The notes under the pieces are model-generated. The model made no database searches, had not been told where the DNA came from, and was given only the letters and a program-made list of their open reading frames with translations. A program made the translations under genes and the position numbers. A stretch of 64,000 nucleotides of DNA from a bacterium (GTDB taxonomy: Bacteria > Patescibacteriota > Patescibacteriia > JACQRZ01): positions 5,764 through 69,763 of the forward strand of contig JAUYIE010000005.1 of the NCBI GenBank assembly GCA_030688365.1, written 5' to 3'. Shown in pieces: positions 40,082-51,078 of the stretch. Position 1 is the first letter of the stretch, and the number at the start of each line of letters is the position of its first letter.

Positions 40082-42064
40082 TTAATATACGATCAATAAA
40101 CGTAATTTTTCCGTATCACCTGATATCTTTATTGTATTTAAACTACTCGGATTTCCCGTAGCTCCCCACATCGTATGCGATCCATCCAAAGTGATGTGCT
40201 CGGTATTTTCATTGGAAACCACATCAAATATATGAGGATCAATAGATAGATTCTCTATGTGTTTTATTAAATATAGTGTTTCGGGTACTGTGTCTGATAT
40301 CTCCGCATCGTGATGTAATGTATCACGAATACCATTTTCTTCGTCTCCAAATGTCAATCCAACGATTGCGGTCAAAGCAGTGGCATATTTCGCTTTGCCA
40401 TACGCGTGGGGAATTTTTATGTGATAACCGGATGCATCATGCACTAAATAATCTTTCAACGTATCATGATACACAATACGCGTATATTCTGTCGCACCAA
40501 GCCGATCAAGCCCTAATCCTAGATATAAACGATCTATAGGAGTCAACGTTGGATTATTGAGCAGATTCACTTGTTCTTGGACATAGGGCTGTCCCAAAGA
40601 CGCGAGACCAAAGGCCGCTTGTGCACGATCTGATGCTGTCGCATCATAAGAAAAATATACTGATTCAAAATAGGCCGTCAATGTACTTTTTGGAAAAAAT
40701 GAGACATTCGCATACGCAATCAATGCCAATAACTCTGTCACTGAAAGTTCATCATTGGGATACCCAAAACTATGCTGATTATTCACTGTTGTATTGATTT
40801 TTATTTGTGAAAATGAAGGATTTCCCAAGCCGTACGTTTCAAAATAAGAACGTATGATAGCTTCGTCTATCTTGCTATGAAGATCGCCATACGTGTAAAA
40901 ACCCATCAGAGCTCGTTGCCATGTTGCTGCTAATTCTGCCGGTACTACATACGCGTCCATATTCACTTGAGATGGCAGTTGATCAAATGGTATCGCTTCA
41001 TCCAGACCTAACGATATGACACCGCGATAGGTATTCATATCTACTGTGGTAACCTCATTTTTTCTTTCAAAAGGATACATACCAAAATCATGAAGCGCCA
41101 TCTGTTGTTGTACCGTCAATGAAATCCTCAATCGATCCGGAATAAACGATTCAGGATTAGATAATGATGCGCCGGTACTTTTTGTAAATGTCTGAAAACG
41201 GAGCGCGATATCATGATCCAAAACCGAACCACTTTTTTTGATAGGCATACCCTTTTTTAACGTAACAGTATACCATGTAGAATCCTGCCAAAACTTTTTT
41301 GGAACAAATAAATATTGATTAAAATGCTGTGTAATCGTTCCTTCCATTGCCGGTTGAATATTTAAAAACGTACTCATCACCATCGGATCAATATTATCAG
41401 TGCTCATAGTCAATAAGATCGGACTATTTACAGAGACATTGATTGCGTTATCGCGTGGCATACTTTCCCGAACATACAATGATCTCTTAACTTCATACCC
41501 CCATTGATACTTTCTTAATATACGTACTTCGTTTTGCACATAAAATGTGTCTAATGAAAAACGATACAATGTTCCGTCTTTTAGAGGGATCGTTGGTTTT
41601 ATCTTTATTTCCCGAGATGATTTTGAGATCACATCATAATCAAATGCAGGCGCAATAGCCAAATGAAACAAGACCGTATCAACGTCCATGTCTGTTTTAC
41701 TTGTCAAAACTATCTCGGACTGTGCACCCATCCCCATAGCATCAAATTCAACAGGATTTAAACCAAAGTTGTCTTCCCCGACTGATGAAGATACGATCAC
41801 CTCCCCCATCGCTTGAGGTGAATTTTCATCAATAATTGTAGTGTCCACAACATCCGTTGGTGTGGATTGTTCTAGATGCGTCGTCGGCCATTTTGGTATT
41901 AAAAAAAGAAGACGTGATCCTCCTATAAACACACCTGCTACAAGCACAACACAGATCGCGCCTACGATTGATATAACCACAAGATTTTTCCTCCACCATT
42001 GATGCGGAATGAGTTGAGGTGCAGGCGTCCGTCGCGGTGGTAATGAAGAAATCGGTGACGGCAT
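40082..42064 (-). CDS. Membrane-anchored Ig-like (Big_5) protein with alpha-2-macroglobulin-like C-terminal region
   Basis: N-terminal TM; P..L..GTLY and STWYTVTLKKG Ig-type repeats; helical C-terminus with AAFGLASLGQP. Confidence 0.5.
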   Translation of the reverse strand: MPSPISSLPPRRTPAPQLIPHQWWRKNLVVISIVGAICVVLVAGVFIGGSRLLFLIPKWPTTHLEQSTPTDVVDTTIIDENSPQAMGEVIVSSSVGEDNFGLNPVEFDAMGMGAQSEIVLTSKTDMDVDTVLFHLAIAPAFDYDVISKSSREIKIKPTIPLKDGTLYRFSLDTFYVQNEVRILRKYQWGYEVKRSLYVRESMPRDNAINVSVNSPILLTMSTDNIDPMVMSTFLNIQPAMEGTITQHFNQYLFVPKKFWQDSTWYTVTLKKGMPIKKSGSVLDHDIALRFQTFTKSTGASLSNPESFIPDRLRISLTVQQQMALHDFGMYPFERKNEVTTVDMNTYRGVISLGLDEAIPFDQLPSQVNMDAYVVPAELAATWQRALMGFYTYGDLHSKIDEAIIRSYFETYGLGNPSFSQIKINTTVNNQHSFGYPNDELSVTELLALIAYANVSFFPKSTLTAYFESVYFSYDATASDRAQAAFGLASLGQPYVQEQVNLLNNPTLTPIDRLYLGLGLDRLGATEYTRIVYHDTLKDYLVHDASGYHIKIPHAYGKAKYATALTAIVGLTFGDEENGIRDTLHHDAEISDTVPETLYLIKHIENLSIDPHIFDVVSNENTEHITLDGSHTMWGATGNPSSLNTIKISGDTEKLRLLIVY

Positions 42065-42085
42065 GGGTACGTAGAAAAAAGCGTT

Positions 42086-43162
42086 TTAAAGTTTCTCATC
42101 ACGCAGTTGTTCCAACAGTGCACGTTGTTGACGAGAAATATGTTTGGGAACGATAATGTCGGTATGCACCAGCAGATCTCCTCTGCCACTTCGGTTAGTA
42201 TACGGCACTCCCAACCCGCGTAAACGAAACATCGTCCCATTTGCAGTTCCAGCAGGGATCTGTACTTCATACGCACCATCTGGTGCTGATACGGTAATCG
42301 TATCACCCAGCACCGCCTGTGTAAAGCTAATGGGCACACGCACGACCAAATCATTTCCATGACGCGCAAAAATCTTGTCAGGACGTATGCGTATCGTGAT
42401 ATAAATATCTCCGGCTGGCGCACCGTACAATCCTGCGTTTCCTTGTCCACCCAATCGCAATGTCCCTCCGTCGGAAATCCCAGGAGGAATATTGACTTCA
42501 AGAGTAGATCGCTCTTTCAATACACCGGGGCCGTTGCATGTACGACATACATGCTTTGGTTTGCGTCCTTGTCCTTTACAATCCGGACATTTCGTACTCG
42601 TTTGAATATTCCCTATAAGGGTGCGGTGGATACTCATCACCTGGCCTGATCCTTGACATCGTGCACATGTTTCAATTGGTGAACCTGGTTCTGCTCCTCT
42701 TCCTTGACAATGCCCGCACGACACGGTTCGCGCAACCGAAATCTCACGTTTTGCACCAAACAATGAATCGTTAAAATCCACGATCATTTCAAACGCCAAA
42801 TCTTCCCCTTTTGCCACATGTTCTTTCCGACGACCTCCACCAAATCCAAAAAAATCTCCAAAAATATCACCGAGGTCTCCCATATCAAAATCAGCGGTGT
42901 TAAACCCATATCCACCGGTATTTCCCCACGCTGAACCCGCCGCACCTCCTTGAGAAAATGCGGCGTGTCCAAATTGGTCGTACTGTGCACGCTTCTGGCT
43001 ATCTGAAAGTACTTGATATGCCTCATTAAGCTCCTTAAACTTTGCTTCATCGCCTCCTTTTTTATCAGGATGATGTTGATGTGCAAGTTTACGAAATGCC
43101 TTTTTTATCTCATCATCAGATGCAGTTTTTGAAACGCCCAGTATGTCGTAATAATCTTTCAT
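42086..43162 (-). CDS. dnaJ: Chaperone DnaJ
   Basis: HPD motif, G/F region, four CxxCxGxG repeats. Confidence 0.97.
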   Translation of the reverse strand: MKDYYDILGVSKTASDDEIKKAFRKLAHQHHPDKKGGDEAKFKELNEAYQVLSDSQKRAQYDQFGHAAFSQGGAAGSAWGNTGGYGFNTADFDMGDLGDIFGDFFGFGGGRRKEHVAKGEDLAFEMIVDFNDSLFGAKREISVARTVSCGHCQGRGAEPGSPIETCARCQGSGQVMSIHRTLIGNIQTSTKCPDCKGQGRKPKHVCRTCNGPGVLKERSTLEVNIPPGISDGGTLRLGGQGNAGLYGAPAGDIYITIRIRPDKIFARHGNDLVVRVPISFTQAVLGDTITVSAPDGAYEVQIPAGTANGTMFRLRGLGVPYTNRSGRGDLLVHTDIIVPKHISRQQRALLEQLRDEKL

Positions 43163-45129
43163 TATTCGTCTTTCTTCGTAAATTCAGCATCAACGGCGTC
43201 TTTTGGTGGTGTTTGCGTATCTGTACCAGATTGTCCTTGCTTTGATGGGTCTTGATGAGAAGAATCTTGCGCAGTTGTTCCTTCAGCTGCCTGTCCTTCG
43301 CCAGTGTCTGGTGTGCCTGCTGGAGGCGTTTGCTCTGCATACATTGCACTTCCCACTTTGGAAAGAGCTTCATTAAGCTGGTCAGTCGCAGATCCAATCG
43401 CATCAGCGTCTGATCCATCTTTGACTGTTCTAAGACTGTCCATTTTTTCTTGTAGCGGCTTTTTAACATCTTCAGCGACTTTTTCACCATGTTCCTTCAA
43501 TACTTTTTCCGCCTGATATAACAGACTCTCCGCATTATTTTTCTTTTCAATCAAATCGCGTTTCTTTGCATCTTCATCCGCATGCAACTCTGCTTCTTTT
43601 TTCATACGATCTACTTCTGCGTCAGAAAGTGATGTGGAAGCGGTGATTGTGATCTTTTGCTCGCGTCCTGTTGCCTTATCTTTCGCAGAAACATTGAGTA
43701 TACCATTGGCATCAATATCAAATGAAACCTCAACTTGTGGCACACCGCGTGGTGCTGGAGGAATACCATCCAAGATAAACCGTCCAAGTGTTTTGTTGTC
43801 ACCTGCCATCTCTCGTTCTCCTTGTACGACATGGATCTCAACAGAAGTTTGATTATCACCTGCTGTTGAAAATGTCTGTGACTTTGAAGTTGGGATAGTT
43901 GTATTGCGTTCAATGATTTTTGTTGCAACTCCTCCCAATGTCTCAAGTCCGACAGAAAGTGGTGTTACATCCAAAAGCAAGACATCACGCACTTCTCCTT
44001 GCAACACACCGGCCTGTACTGCAGCCCCGATTGCTACTACCTCATCAGGATTGACGGTAGAGTTTGCTTTCTTTCCAAAAAAGTTTTCTACCATCTGTTG
44101 AATCAACGGCATACGGGTCATACCACCAACCAAAATAACTTCATTGATCTGACTAGTACTCAAATGTGCATCCTTGAGTGCATTACGACATGGTTCAAGT
44201 GATTTTTCTACCAAATCCCGAATCAGTTCTTCCAGCGTAGAACGCGTCATAGTCAATACAAGATGCTTTGGACCTGATGCATCAGAGGTGATAAAGGGTT
44301 GATTTATTTCAGTTTGAACGGCGGTAGAAAGTTCATGTTTTGCTTTTTCCGCTGCTTCTTTCAAGCGTTGAAGTGCAAGTTGATCCTTAGAAAGATCAAC
44401 ACCGTGCTCTTTCTTAAACTCATCAATGATCCAACGAATAATGCGTTGATCAAAGTCATCCCCTCCCAAGTGTGTATCACCATTGGTTGCTTTGACTTCT
44501 ACAGTATCGGCCGCTACTTCCAATACAGAAACGTCAAATGTACCGCCACCCATATCATACACAACGATCTTTTCATCTTTTTTCTTGTTAAAACCATATG
44601 CGAGTGCGGCAGCAGTAGGTTCGTTGATGATACGTTTGACATCAAGACCTGCAATACGTCCCGCATCTTTTGTCGCTTGGCGCTGTGAATCATCAAAATA
44701 CGCAGGAACAGTAATGACTGCCTCGGTGATTTTTTCACCAAGACGTTCTTCGGCATCTGATTTTAATTTCTGCAAAATCATTGCGGAAACTTCTTGCGGT
44801 GAATATTCTTTGCCACCCATCACCACCTTGAGCGCATCCCCGCTCTTGACAATCTTATATGACATCAAGGAAAGATCTTTTTGTACTTCCGTATCCTCAA
44901 AACGACGACCAATCAACCGCTTGACTGAAGCGATCGTATTGTCTGCGTTTGTCACTGCTTGACGCTTGGCAAGTAACCCTACCAAACGTTCGCCTGTCTT
45001 GGTAACCGAGATGACTGATGGTGTCGTACGGTTTCCTTCTTTGTTCTCAATAACACGTGGCTCTCCTCCTTCGATCACGGCCATACATGAGTTAGTAGTA
45101 CCGAGATCGATTCCGAGTATCTTTGGCAT
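43162..45129 (-). CDS. dnaK: Chaperone DnaK
   Basis: [25 protein letters not shown]. Confidence 0.99.
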   Translation of the reverse strand: MPKILGIDLGTTNSCMAVIEGGEPRVIENKEGNRTTPSVISVTKTGERLVGLLAKRQAVTNADNTIASVKRLIGRRFEDTEVQKDLSLMSYKIVKSGDALKVVMGGKEYSPQEVSAMILQKLKSDAEERLGEKITEAVITVPAYFDDSQRQATKDAGRIAGLDVKRIINEPTAAALAYGFNKKKDEKIVVYDMGGGTFDVSVLEVAADTVEVKATNGDTHLGGDDFDQRIIRWIIDEFKKEHGVDLSKDQLALQRLKEAAEKAKHELSTAVQTEINQPFITSDASGPKHLVLTMTRSTLEELIRDLVEKSLEPCRNALKDAHLSTSQINEVILVGGMTRMPLIQQMVENFFGKKANSTVNPDEVVAIGAAVQAGVLQGEVRDVLLLDVTPLSVGLETLGGVATKIIERNTTIPTSKSQTFSTAGDNQTSVEIHVVQGEREMAGDNKTLGRFILDGIPPAPRGVPQVEVSFDIDANGILNVSAKDKATGREQKITITASTSLSDAEVDRMKKEAELHADEDAKKRDLIEKKNNAESLLYQAEKVLKEHGEKVAEDVKKPLQEKMDSLRTVKDGSDADAIGSATDQLNEALSKVGSAMYAEQTPPAGTPDTGEGQAAEGTTAQDSSHQDPSKQGQSGTDTQTPPKDAVDAEFTKKDE

Positions 45130-45239
45130 ATCAACAACGCTGATTACAATTTAATTTGGTGAAAACCTTTTGATGATAGGTTCTCGATTCCGGAGACATC
45201 ATCGATCCCTCCGGCGTTTGAGATCCCATCAGCAATATA

Positions 45240-45674
45240 TTATCTAGATTTAAGTGATTTTTTGACGGTAATCTTCTTTGCTTTTGCTTGTGGCGCTTTT
45301 GGAATAGTGATTTTTAACACACCATTTTCAAACTGCGCGTCTGCTTGATCACCTACGACATGAGTTGGTAGAGCGACTTGACGATAAAAACTGCCACTTC
45401 GCACTTCTTTTCGCCAATAATCCTTGTCATCCACTTCTGATTTTTTTTCCATACTTCCTTTGATGGTCAGCACATCGTTCTCAATAGAGATATCAACATC
45501 ATCGGAATCAACGCCAGCAAGCGCAGTTTCAACGACAACACTGTTATCATTTTGGTACAAATCAATGTCGGGTGTAAAACCGCGACGCGTACCTTCTGAT
45601 GCGGGAAAATCGCGCATCATGCGATCAAAATCCTCATCAAATGGCCATAGAGGCGACCAACGAACTATTGCCAT
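45240..45674 (-). CDS. Hsp20/alpha-crystallin small heat-shock protein
   Basis: GSFYRQVALP, AQFENGVLKITIPK. Confidence 0.93.
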   Translation of the reverse strand: MAIVRWSPLWPFDEDFDRMMRDFPASEGTRRGFTPDIDLYQNDNSVVVETALAGVDSDDVDISIENDVLTIKGSMEKKSEVDDKDYWRKEVRSGSFYRQVALPTHVVGDQADAQFENGVLKITIPKAPQAKAKKITVKKSLKSR

Positions 45675-45715
45675 ATTTTTCTCCTTATTCACCACGCCTC
45701 AAAGTGCGAGGTGAA

Positions 45716-46246
45716 TTATGAATTAGCTATAATTTTATTGATAACAACCTTTGCCGGTAGCACGACCTTCCCATAGAGAGTATATCCCGCATTCACCTCT
45801 TTCAAGATAACACCTTCCTCTTTTGACGTATCTGATTCTGTACCGACCGCTTCGTGCTGTTGGGGATCAAACGACTGACCTTCCAGACTAGTAACTTGCT
45901 CTACACCAAGATTTTTCATTCCTTCTTGCAATTGCTTGTATATCTGATCTATTCCTGCCACCCAATCCGACCCCTTCAAATCAACAGGAACTTGATCAAA
46001 TGCTTTACGAAAGCTTTCCATCACTGGAATGACCTGTACGACTGCTGTCAATCCTGCAAACTGAGCTAACTCCCGTGACCGTTTCTCTTGTTCATTTTTA
46101 TAATTTATATAATCCGCTTTTGCACGTTTCCATCCGTCCAGATAATCTTGTGCTTCTTTTTTGGCTTTTTCAAGAGCTGATTGCGTCTGTGCGAGCGTCG
46201 TGGACTTTGTAGGAGATGATGTGATGTTATTTTTCGCCTCTTCCAT
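45716..46246 (-). CDS. grpE: Nucleotide exchange factor GrpE
   Basis: KRAKADYINYK, FDPQQHEAV, GYTL..PAKV. Confidence 0.95.
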   Translation of the reverse strand: MEEAKNNITSSPTKSTTLAQTQSALEKAKKEAQDYLDGWKRAKADYINYKNEQEKRSRELAQFAGLTAVVQVIPVMESFRKAFDQVPVDLKGSDWVAGIDQIYKQLQEGMKNLGVEQVTSLEGQSFDPQQHEAVGTESDTSKEEGVILKEVNAGYTLYGKVVLPAKVVINKIIANS

Positions 46247-46252
46247 AGATAC

Positions 46253-46936
46253 TTATGTATTAATAATACTACGCGTTTCTTCTAAAAATGCCTTATTCAA
46301 CGAGTAATTCATTCTCATAGGCCCCAATATTCCCAAAAGACATACCATATCGTTGAGAGTATACCGCATCACAAGTGTACTGCAAGCAGGGCCAAAACAA
46401 CTTTGAGAGCCAATATATACAGATACATCATCTTTTTCGTCGTTTAGGACTTCCTCCAGCACGCGATCAAGGTGATCAATCAACCCTGTAATATCAGCCA
46501 AAAGCTCTTGTTTGCAGAATTCCGGTTTACTCACAAGATGAGACAAACCAGTATAATACGTATCATTTCGGCCAAACGCGATATATATCATCTCACCCGT
46601 ATTTTCCGCAATATATTGCGCGACTGCTTTAAGATTTTCACGATTCATAGACGGAATACGATGCGCAATCTCCTGTGCCAGTTTTGGCGACAATGAAGTC
46701 ATACCCAGTGATTTGACGTATGCTTGATATCCTTTTTCACTCGGTATGCGACCCGCAGAAGTATGCGGTTTTTCAAGATACCCTTCTTCTTCAAGCTCTG
46801 CCATGATATTTCGTACTGTCGCGGGGCTCACACAGGGATTATGTACCCCCGCCAAATAACCGGAGGAAATGGGTTGTCCGGTTGAAATATAATGCTCAAT
46901 GAGCTCGTCCAAAAGTGAAAAATGCCGTAAATTCAT
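46253..46936 (-). CDS. hrcA: Heat-inducible repressor HrcA
   Basis: SPATVRNIMAELEEEGYL..PHTSAGRIP, GILGPMRMNY. Confidence 0.95.
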   Translation of the reverse strand: MNLRHFSLLDELIEHYISTGQPISSGYLAGVHNPCVSPATVRNIMAELEEEGYLEKPHTSAGRIPSEKGYQAYVKSLGMTSLSPKLAQEIAHRIPSMNRENLKAVAQYIAENTGEMIYIAFGRNDTYYTGLSHLVSKPEFCKQELLADITGLIDHLDRVLEEVLNDEKDDVSVYIGSQSCFGPACSTLVMRYTLNDMVCLLGILGPMRMNYSLNKAFLEETRSIINT

Positions 46937-46938
46937 AG

Positions 46939-46965
46939 TTAGCACTCTCGTTATTTGACTGCTAA
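46939..46965. promoter_or_regulatory. CIRCE element
   Basis: TTAGCACTC-N9-GACTGCTAA immediately upstream of the hrcA ATG (one mismatch to consensus). Confidence 0.93.
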
Positions 46966-47047
46966 CTGTATATTAAAAAAAAATAGGAAATATGTCAAGA
47001 GTTGAAAATCAGACAAAAAAAATGGCTCACAAATGGTAAGCCAAGAA

Positions 47048-47761
47048 TTACACATACGCAAGACCTGATGAAAACATGCTATCAACATATTCTTCATCAT
47101 TATTATTTTTTTGAAATAACGGATCTTGCGCAAATGCTTTTTGCGCATCCGCCCGCGCGGATTTTAGATACGTTTTACCCCACACAAAATTTCTTTCATG
47201 TGATAAAATTTTTTTGTACTCTGGTATGGTTTCCAAATAACCATGCTTTTCCCAGACTTTATACAAATCAGCTAACAATTTATTAATACTATGAACATCT
47301 CTCCTTTTCAGGCGATGTGACATAGCTTTTGCATATTCACTGGTAAGTAACTCCGGATCCAACGCATATTCATTGTATTCCCTAAGGCACCTCTCTTCTT
47401 GCATATCCAGACGATATGCATGAGAAATAGCACAAATGAACGATGGATTGTATGTTGGCATAAGCTCTTGCTTTCTACAGCTCGCGTATATTGCCTGTCG
47501 TAAACAGCGCGGAGTAGGATTTTTTGCCTGAATTACGTGTTGAAAAATTCTTAATCTATACCGTACCTCTTTTTCCGGTATATCATACTTTAATCCAAGC
47601 CAGAGAATTTCTTCCTCATCACTTTCGTATCCTTCCATATATTTCTCTGGAAACATTATCAACAAGAACGTGCCCCGATAATTCTCAGGAATATTATTTT
47701 CTCGTGATAACCTCTCAATCTCTTGCCGAATCTGTTTTTTAGTTACCTTCCTCTCCTGCAT
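47048..47761 (-). CDS. Hypothetical protein (ORFan)
   Basis: AAGGGGG SD; terminator TGGCTT..GAGCCATTTTTTT near 47015-47043. Confidence 0.6.
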   Translation of the reverse strand: MQERKVTKKQIRQEIERLSRENNIPENYRGTFLLIMFPEKYMEGYESDEEEILWLGLKYDIPEKEVRYRLRIFQHVIQAKNPTPRCLRQAIYASCRKQELMPTYNPSFICAISHAYRLDMQEERCLREYNEYALDPELLTSEYAKAMSHRLKRRDVHSINKLLADLYKVWEKHGYLETIPEYKKILSHERNFVWGKTYLKSARADAQKAFAQDPLFQKNNNDEEYVDSMFSSGLAYV

Positions 47762-47908
47762 CGTGTTCCCCCTTTTATTATAATAATTTTTAATATACGA
47801 TTCGCATAGTGTACACACACTACAATAAAAAAATAGTTTTGACAAGGGAAAGGAATCCTTGACAATCAGTACCTATAGAATACACTAGCCATTAGGAGGT
47901 ACGTTGAA

Positions 47909-48268
47909 ATGAATAAAAAGTTGATTGAAAAATGGTTTCCAACTATAAGCCATTTTTTATACGATTTTGATGATAGAGTACAGGTTCAGCCAGTTTTTAT
48001 AGGAATCATACTTTTTTTAGGCACAGGACTGGCCTTTGCTACACTTTATAGAATCCGACCAATGGAAAGACCATACATTATGATGTTTTTTTGGATTGTG
48101 ATTGTATGGTGCATCTATCGGGTATGTGCTGCTCTAATAGAGATGTGGCAAAATAAAAAAGATAAGAAAGCATTCTTCGATGGCCGAAAAAAAATTGGCA
48201 TCGTAGTATTTTTATCAATTATATTAACGATTATTAGTGGACTCATATATCTACCATACATCTCTTAG
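47909..48268 (+). CDS. Hypothetical membrane protein
   Basis: AGGAGG SD, TTGACA upstream, three TMs, terminator near 48292-48326. Confidence 0.6.
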   Translation: MNKKLIEKWFPTISHFLYDFDDRVQVQPVFIGIILFLGTGLAFATLYRIRPMERPYIMMFFWIVIVWCIYRVCAALIEMWQNKKDKKAFFDGRKKIGIVVFLSIILTIISGLIYLPYIS

Positions 48269-48325
48269 ACGTCCATTAATAATCCTGTATTAAAAAGAGA
48301 ACCTCTTAAATCAAGAGGATTTTTT

Positions 48326-48805
48326 TTACCCTACCTGCTCAAATGGTTTATTTTCTTCAATCGCCTCCAAAAATTGTTTTGCGCCAAGACCATCATGTTT
48401 ATCAGCACGCAATATTTGTGTATAGAGTTCTTTCGCTTTTTCCATTGCACCGGAACGGTAATGCAGGTGCGCAAGCCCAATCAATGCACGCATAGCCGGT
48501 CGATCTTCTTTTTTGAACCAATCCAACCGTTTTGGCCACCGCCCTCCTTCATAATATTGATCAAGTAGATATTTTGCTTCTCGATACCATCGTGTCGCTT
48601 CAAAAAAATCTTTGTGCATGAGATTGACTGCCCCCATACCGTTGTGCGCTTCCACCACATCCAAAACACCGATCTGTGGATCGTCCTCATTTTCCAACAC
48701 TTCGCGAAAGTGTTCTTCAGCCCTATCAAAATTGCCGATCTCATACGCACCCCATCCTTCGGCAATCAGATGGCTATATTTAGTGGTAAGGAGAGCTAAA
48801 AGCAT
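48326..48805 (-). CDS. TPR-repeat protein
   Basis: Helical TPR-like pattern (AHNGMG, ALIGLAHL..G..EKA). Confidence 0.65.
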   Translation of the reverse strand: MLLALLTTKYSHLIAEGWGAYEIGNFDRAEEHFREVLENEDDPQIGVLDVVEAHNGMGAVNLMHKDFFEATRWYREAKYLLDQYYEGGRWPKRLDWFKKEDRPAMRALIGLAHLHYRSGAMEKAKELYTQILRADKHDGLGAKQFLEAIEENKPFEQVG

Positions 48806-48879
48806 ATACGTTTATTATAGCATTTTTTATGACATCATGCATTGAATACAGTCCTCTCTCGTGTATACTGCAATATTAT

Positions 48880-49422
48880 ATGAAAATAGTAGATAAACAA
48901 TGGGTCAAAGACAACATAGCCACCATCCTATCGTCTCTCAAACGAGGTGACATTGTCATTTATCCCACTGATACGATTTATGGCATCGGATGCAATGCTT
49001 TGAATAAAACAAGCGTCCAAACACTTCGTTCATTAAAAAAGCGTCCAGAAAAGCCACTTTCAATCATTGCACCATCAAAACAATGGATTGAAGAATATTT
49101 TGTCGTACCTTCTGCTGGACTTGATGTATTACCTGGCCCCGTTACGTTGATTATAGAACCTCGTGACCCGTCATTTTTTCCAAAAATCCTCCACCCGGAC
49201 ACTGATAATATTGGCGTACGTCTCCTTGATCATTGGTGGCAGGACGTCATTACACAACTTGGCTTCCCGTGTGTCACCACATCAGTCAATGTTTCTGATG
49301 AACCACACATGATCAGTGTTGATGACATTCCCTCTTCTTTTCGCGAACACGTCGTATACTGCATCTACGAAGGCCCGATCAACGGTGTCTCAAGTAAAAA
49401 AATTTCGCTTTCTACAACATAA
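48880..49422 (+). CDS. tsaC: L-threonylcarbamoyladenylate synthase (TsaC/Sua5/YrdC)
   Basis: YPTDTIYGIGC, KKRPEKPL, PGPVTLI, TTSVN. Confidence 0.88.
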   Translation: MKIVDKQWVKDNIATILSSLKRGDIVIYPTDTIYGIGCNALNKTSVQTLRSLKKRPEKPLSIIAPSKQWIEEYFVVPSAGLDVLPGPVTLIIEPRDPSFFPKILHPDTDNIGVRLLDHWWQDVITQLGFPCVTTSVNVSDEPHMISVDDIPSSFREHVVYCIYEGPINGVSSKKISLSTT

Positions 49423-50314
49423 ACAATCTCTGCCGTATTGCTTCCTTATATACATAATACCTGCGTAACACCACATACACTGGCCATTTTGTAAAAAAAA
49501 TCTTGATGTCCCGTTTGCCGTGCATGAGATAGCGTATGAAAAGCAATGGGATAAAAATCAGCGCGGTCAGTATATAGATATAGTCTTTTGGGTTCACTAT
49601 AACGCCATATTTCACCGGTGGACCAAACACCTGATAGTGATGGGGATATTTTTTCTTTAGCACCGGCCATACCGATGCATTGACTGCCGATCGTAGCAGT
49701 GATTTCACTGTCCAATCCATCGCTTGGTGAGATACGATAGCGTTTGGTACTCGTTTGAAAGAAAAACCCTTGCTCACAGCGCGGATAGCCATTTCTGAAT
49801 CTTCGTTGTTATAATCAAAAAAATCCCCATCAAAACCGCCACATACATCAAAGACTTTTTTTTGATACGCAACATTGCACCCCATCGGCCATTTGGCATC
49901 TTTGTTGGAAACCAATCGTTCAGGAAAATATCCTCTGTAATCTTTGCTCACATAAAAGGTTTGCCCAATTACAAGGCCTATATTTTCATTTTCAAAACCA
50001 CCCACCAAAGCAGTAAGCCAATCCTTTGTAACCACGCAATCATCATCAGTAAACGCAATGATATCATATCGTGCGTTCGCTATACCTGTATTTCTTGCCT
50101 CGCTCAAACCCTTGTTGTACGCGTGACGGATGACACGAATTTTTTCATTTGAAAGACTGTTCAAAAAATCAACCGTATTATCACTTGATCCATCATCTAC
50201 AACGACGATTTCATACTGTGAAAAATTAATATCCAAAAGTGCCGGAATACACTTTTTTAAGTATCCAAGCCTGTTGTATGTACACACAACGATTGAACAC
50301 GATGTCGTATCCAT
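49412..50314 (-). CDS. Glycosyltransferase family 2
   Basis: CTYNR, VDDGSSD, ARNTG, FTDDD. Confidence 0.9.
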   Translation of the reverse strand: MDTTSCSIVVCTYNRLGYLKKCIPALLDINFSQYEIVVVDDGSSDNTVDFLNSLSNEKIRVIRHAYNKGLSEARNTGIANARYDIIAFTDDDCVVTKDWLTALVGGFENENIGLVIGQTFYVSKDYRGYFPERLVSNKDAKWPMGCNVAYQKKVFDVCGGFDGDFFDYNNEDSEMAIRAVSKGFSFKRVPNAIVSHQAMDWTVKSLLRSAVNASVWPVLKKKYPHHYQVFGPPVKYGVIVNPKDYIYILTALIFIPLLFIRYLMHGKRDIKIFFTKWPVYVVLRRYYVYKEAIRQRLFML

Positions 50315-50464
50315 GCGATTATTCTTCACCAATAACGTTGACAACGGTACCTTTATAAGGTTCGTATTTCCCAAGTTTTATATCAGACATAGGGTGTATA
50401 AGTAAATAATTATAAGGGTACTCCTTGAATATAAAGAAGACAATGCATACTATTGCTTTTTTTC

Positions 50465-50494
50465 TTGACAGGTGAACACTCGTTCACTTATACT
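50465..50494 (+). promoter_or_regulatory. sigma70 promoter with LexA-type operator
   Basis: TTGACA-N18-TATACT with palindrome GTGAAC-ACTC-GTTCAC (50472-50487) in the spacer. Confidence 0.8.
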
Positions 50495-50503
50495 GATACT
50501 ACT

Positions 50504-51067
50504 ATGAATAAACATTTCAAAAAAATCGCTAACTTCTACAAGAGACATCGTCGTATGCCCAGCTATAGCGAAATCATGAAAAGCACAGGCATCAAATCAA
50601 AAAACGCGGTGTTCAAGGTCATAGAAAAGATGGTCACCGCTGGTCTTGTACAAAAAGATACCACAGGTAGGATTATCCCCCTTCCCGCACTTTTTTCTAT
50701 CCGTGTGTTGGGAACCGTTACCGCGGGATGGCCGTCCCCTGCCGAGGAAGAGTTGAGCGACACCATGAATATGGATGAATACCTTATTGACAACCGCGAT
50801 GCGACCTACTTACTCAAAGTCAATGGAGATTCCATGATAGACGCAGGCATCATGCAAGGAGATATGGTGCTCGTAGAGCGAGGCGTCGCTCCTCATCATG
50901 GCGATATCGTGATTGCTGAAATAGATCACGAGTGGACCATGAAATATTATCAAAAGAAAAACGGCGCGGTCTGGCTGGTGCCTGCAAACAAAAAATATAC
51001 ACCAATAAAAGCGCAAGAAGAGCTCAATATTGCCGCGATCGTCAAAGCAGTCGTACGAAAATACTAA
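50504..51067 (+). CDS. lexA: LexA/UmuD-family S24 peptidase with N-terminal HTH
   Basis: MPSYSEI HTH, AG cleavage site (TAGWPSPAEE), GDSM, TMK. Confidence 0.85.
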   Translation: MNKHFKKIANFYKRHRRMPSYSEIMKSTGIKSKNAVFKVIEKMVTAGLVQKDTTGRIIPLPALFSIRVLGTVTAGWPSPAEEELSDTMNMDEYLIDNRDATYLLKVNGDSMIDAGIMQGDMVLVERGVAPHHGDIVIAEIDHEWTMKYYQKKNGAVWLVPANKKYTPIKAQEELNIAAIVKAVVRKY

Positions 51068-51078
51068 TCTATCCTCCC

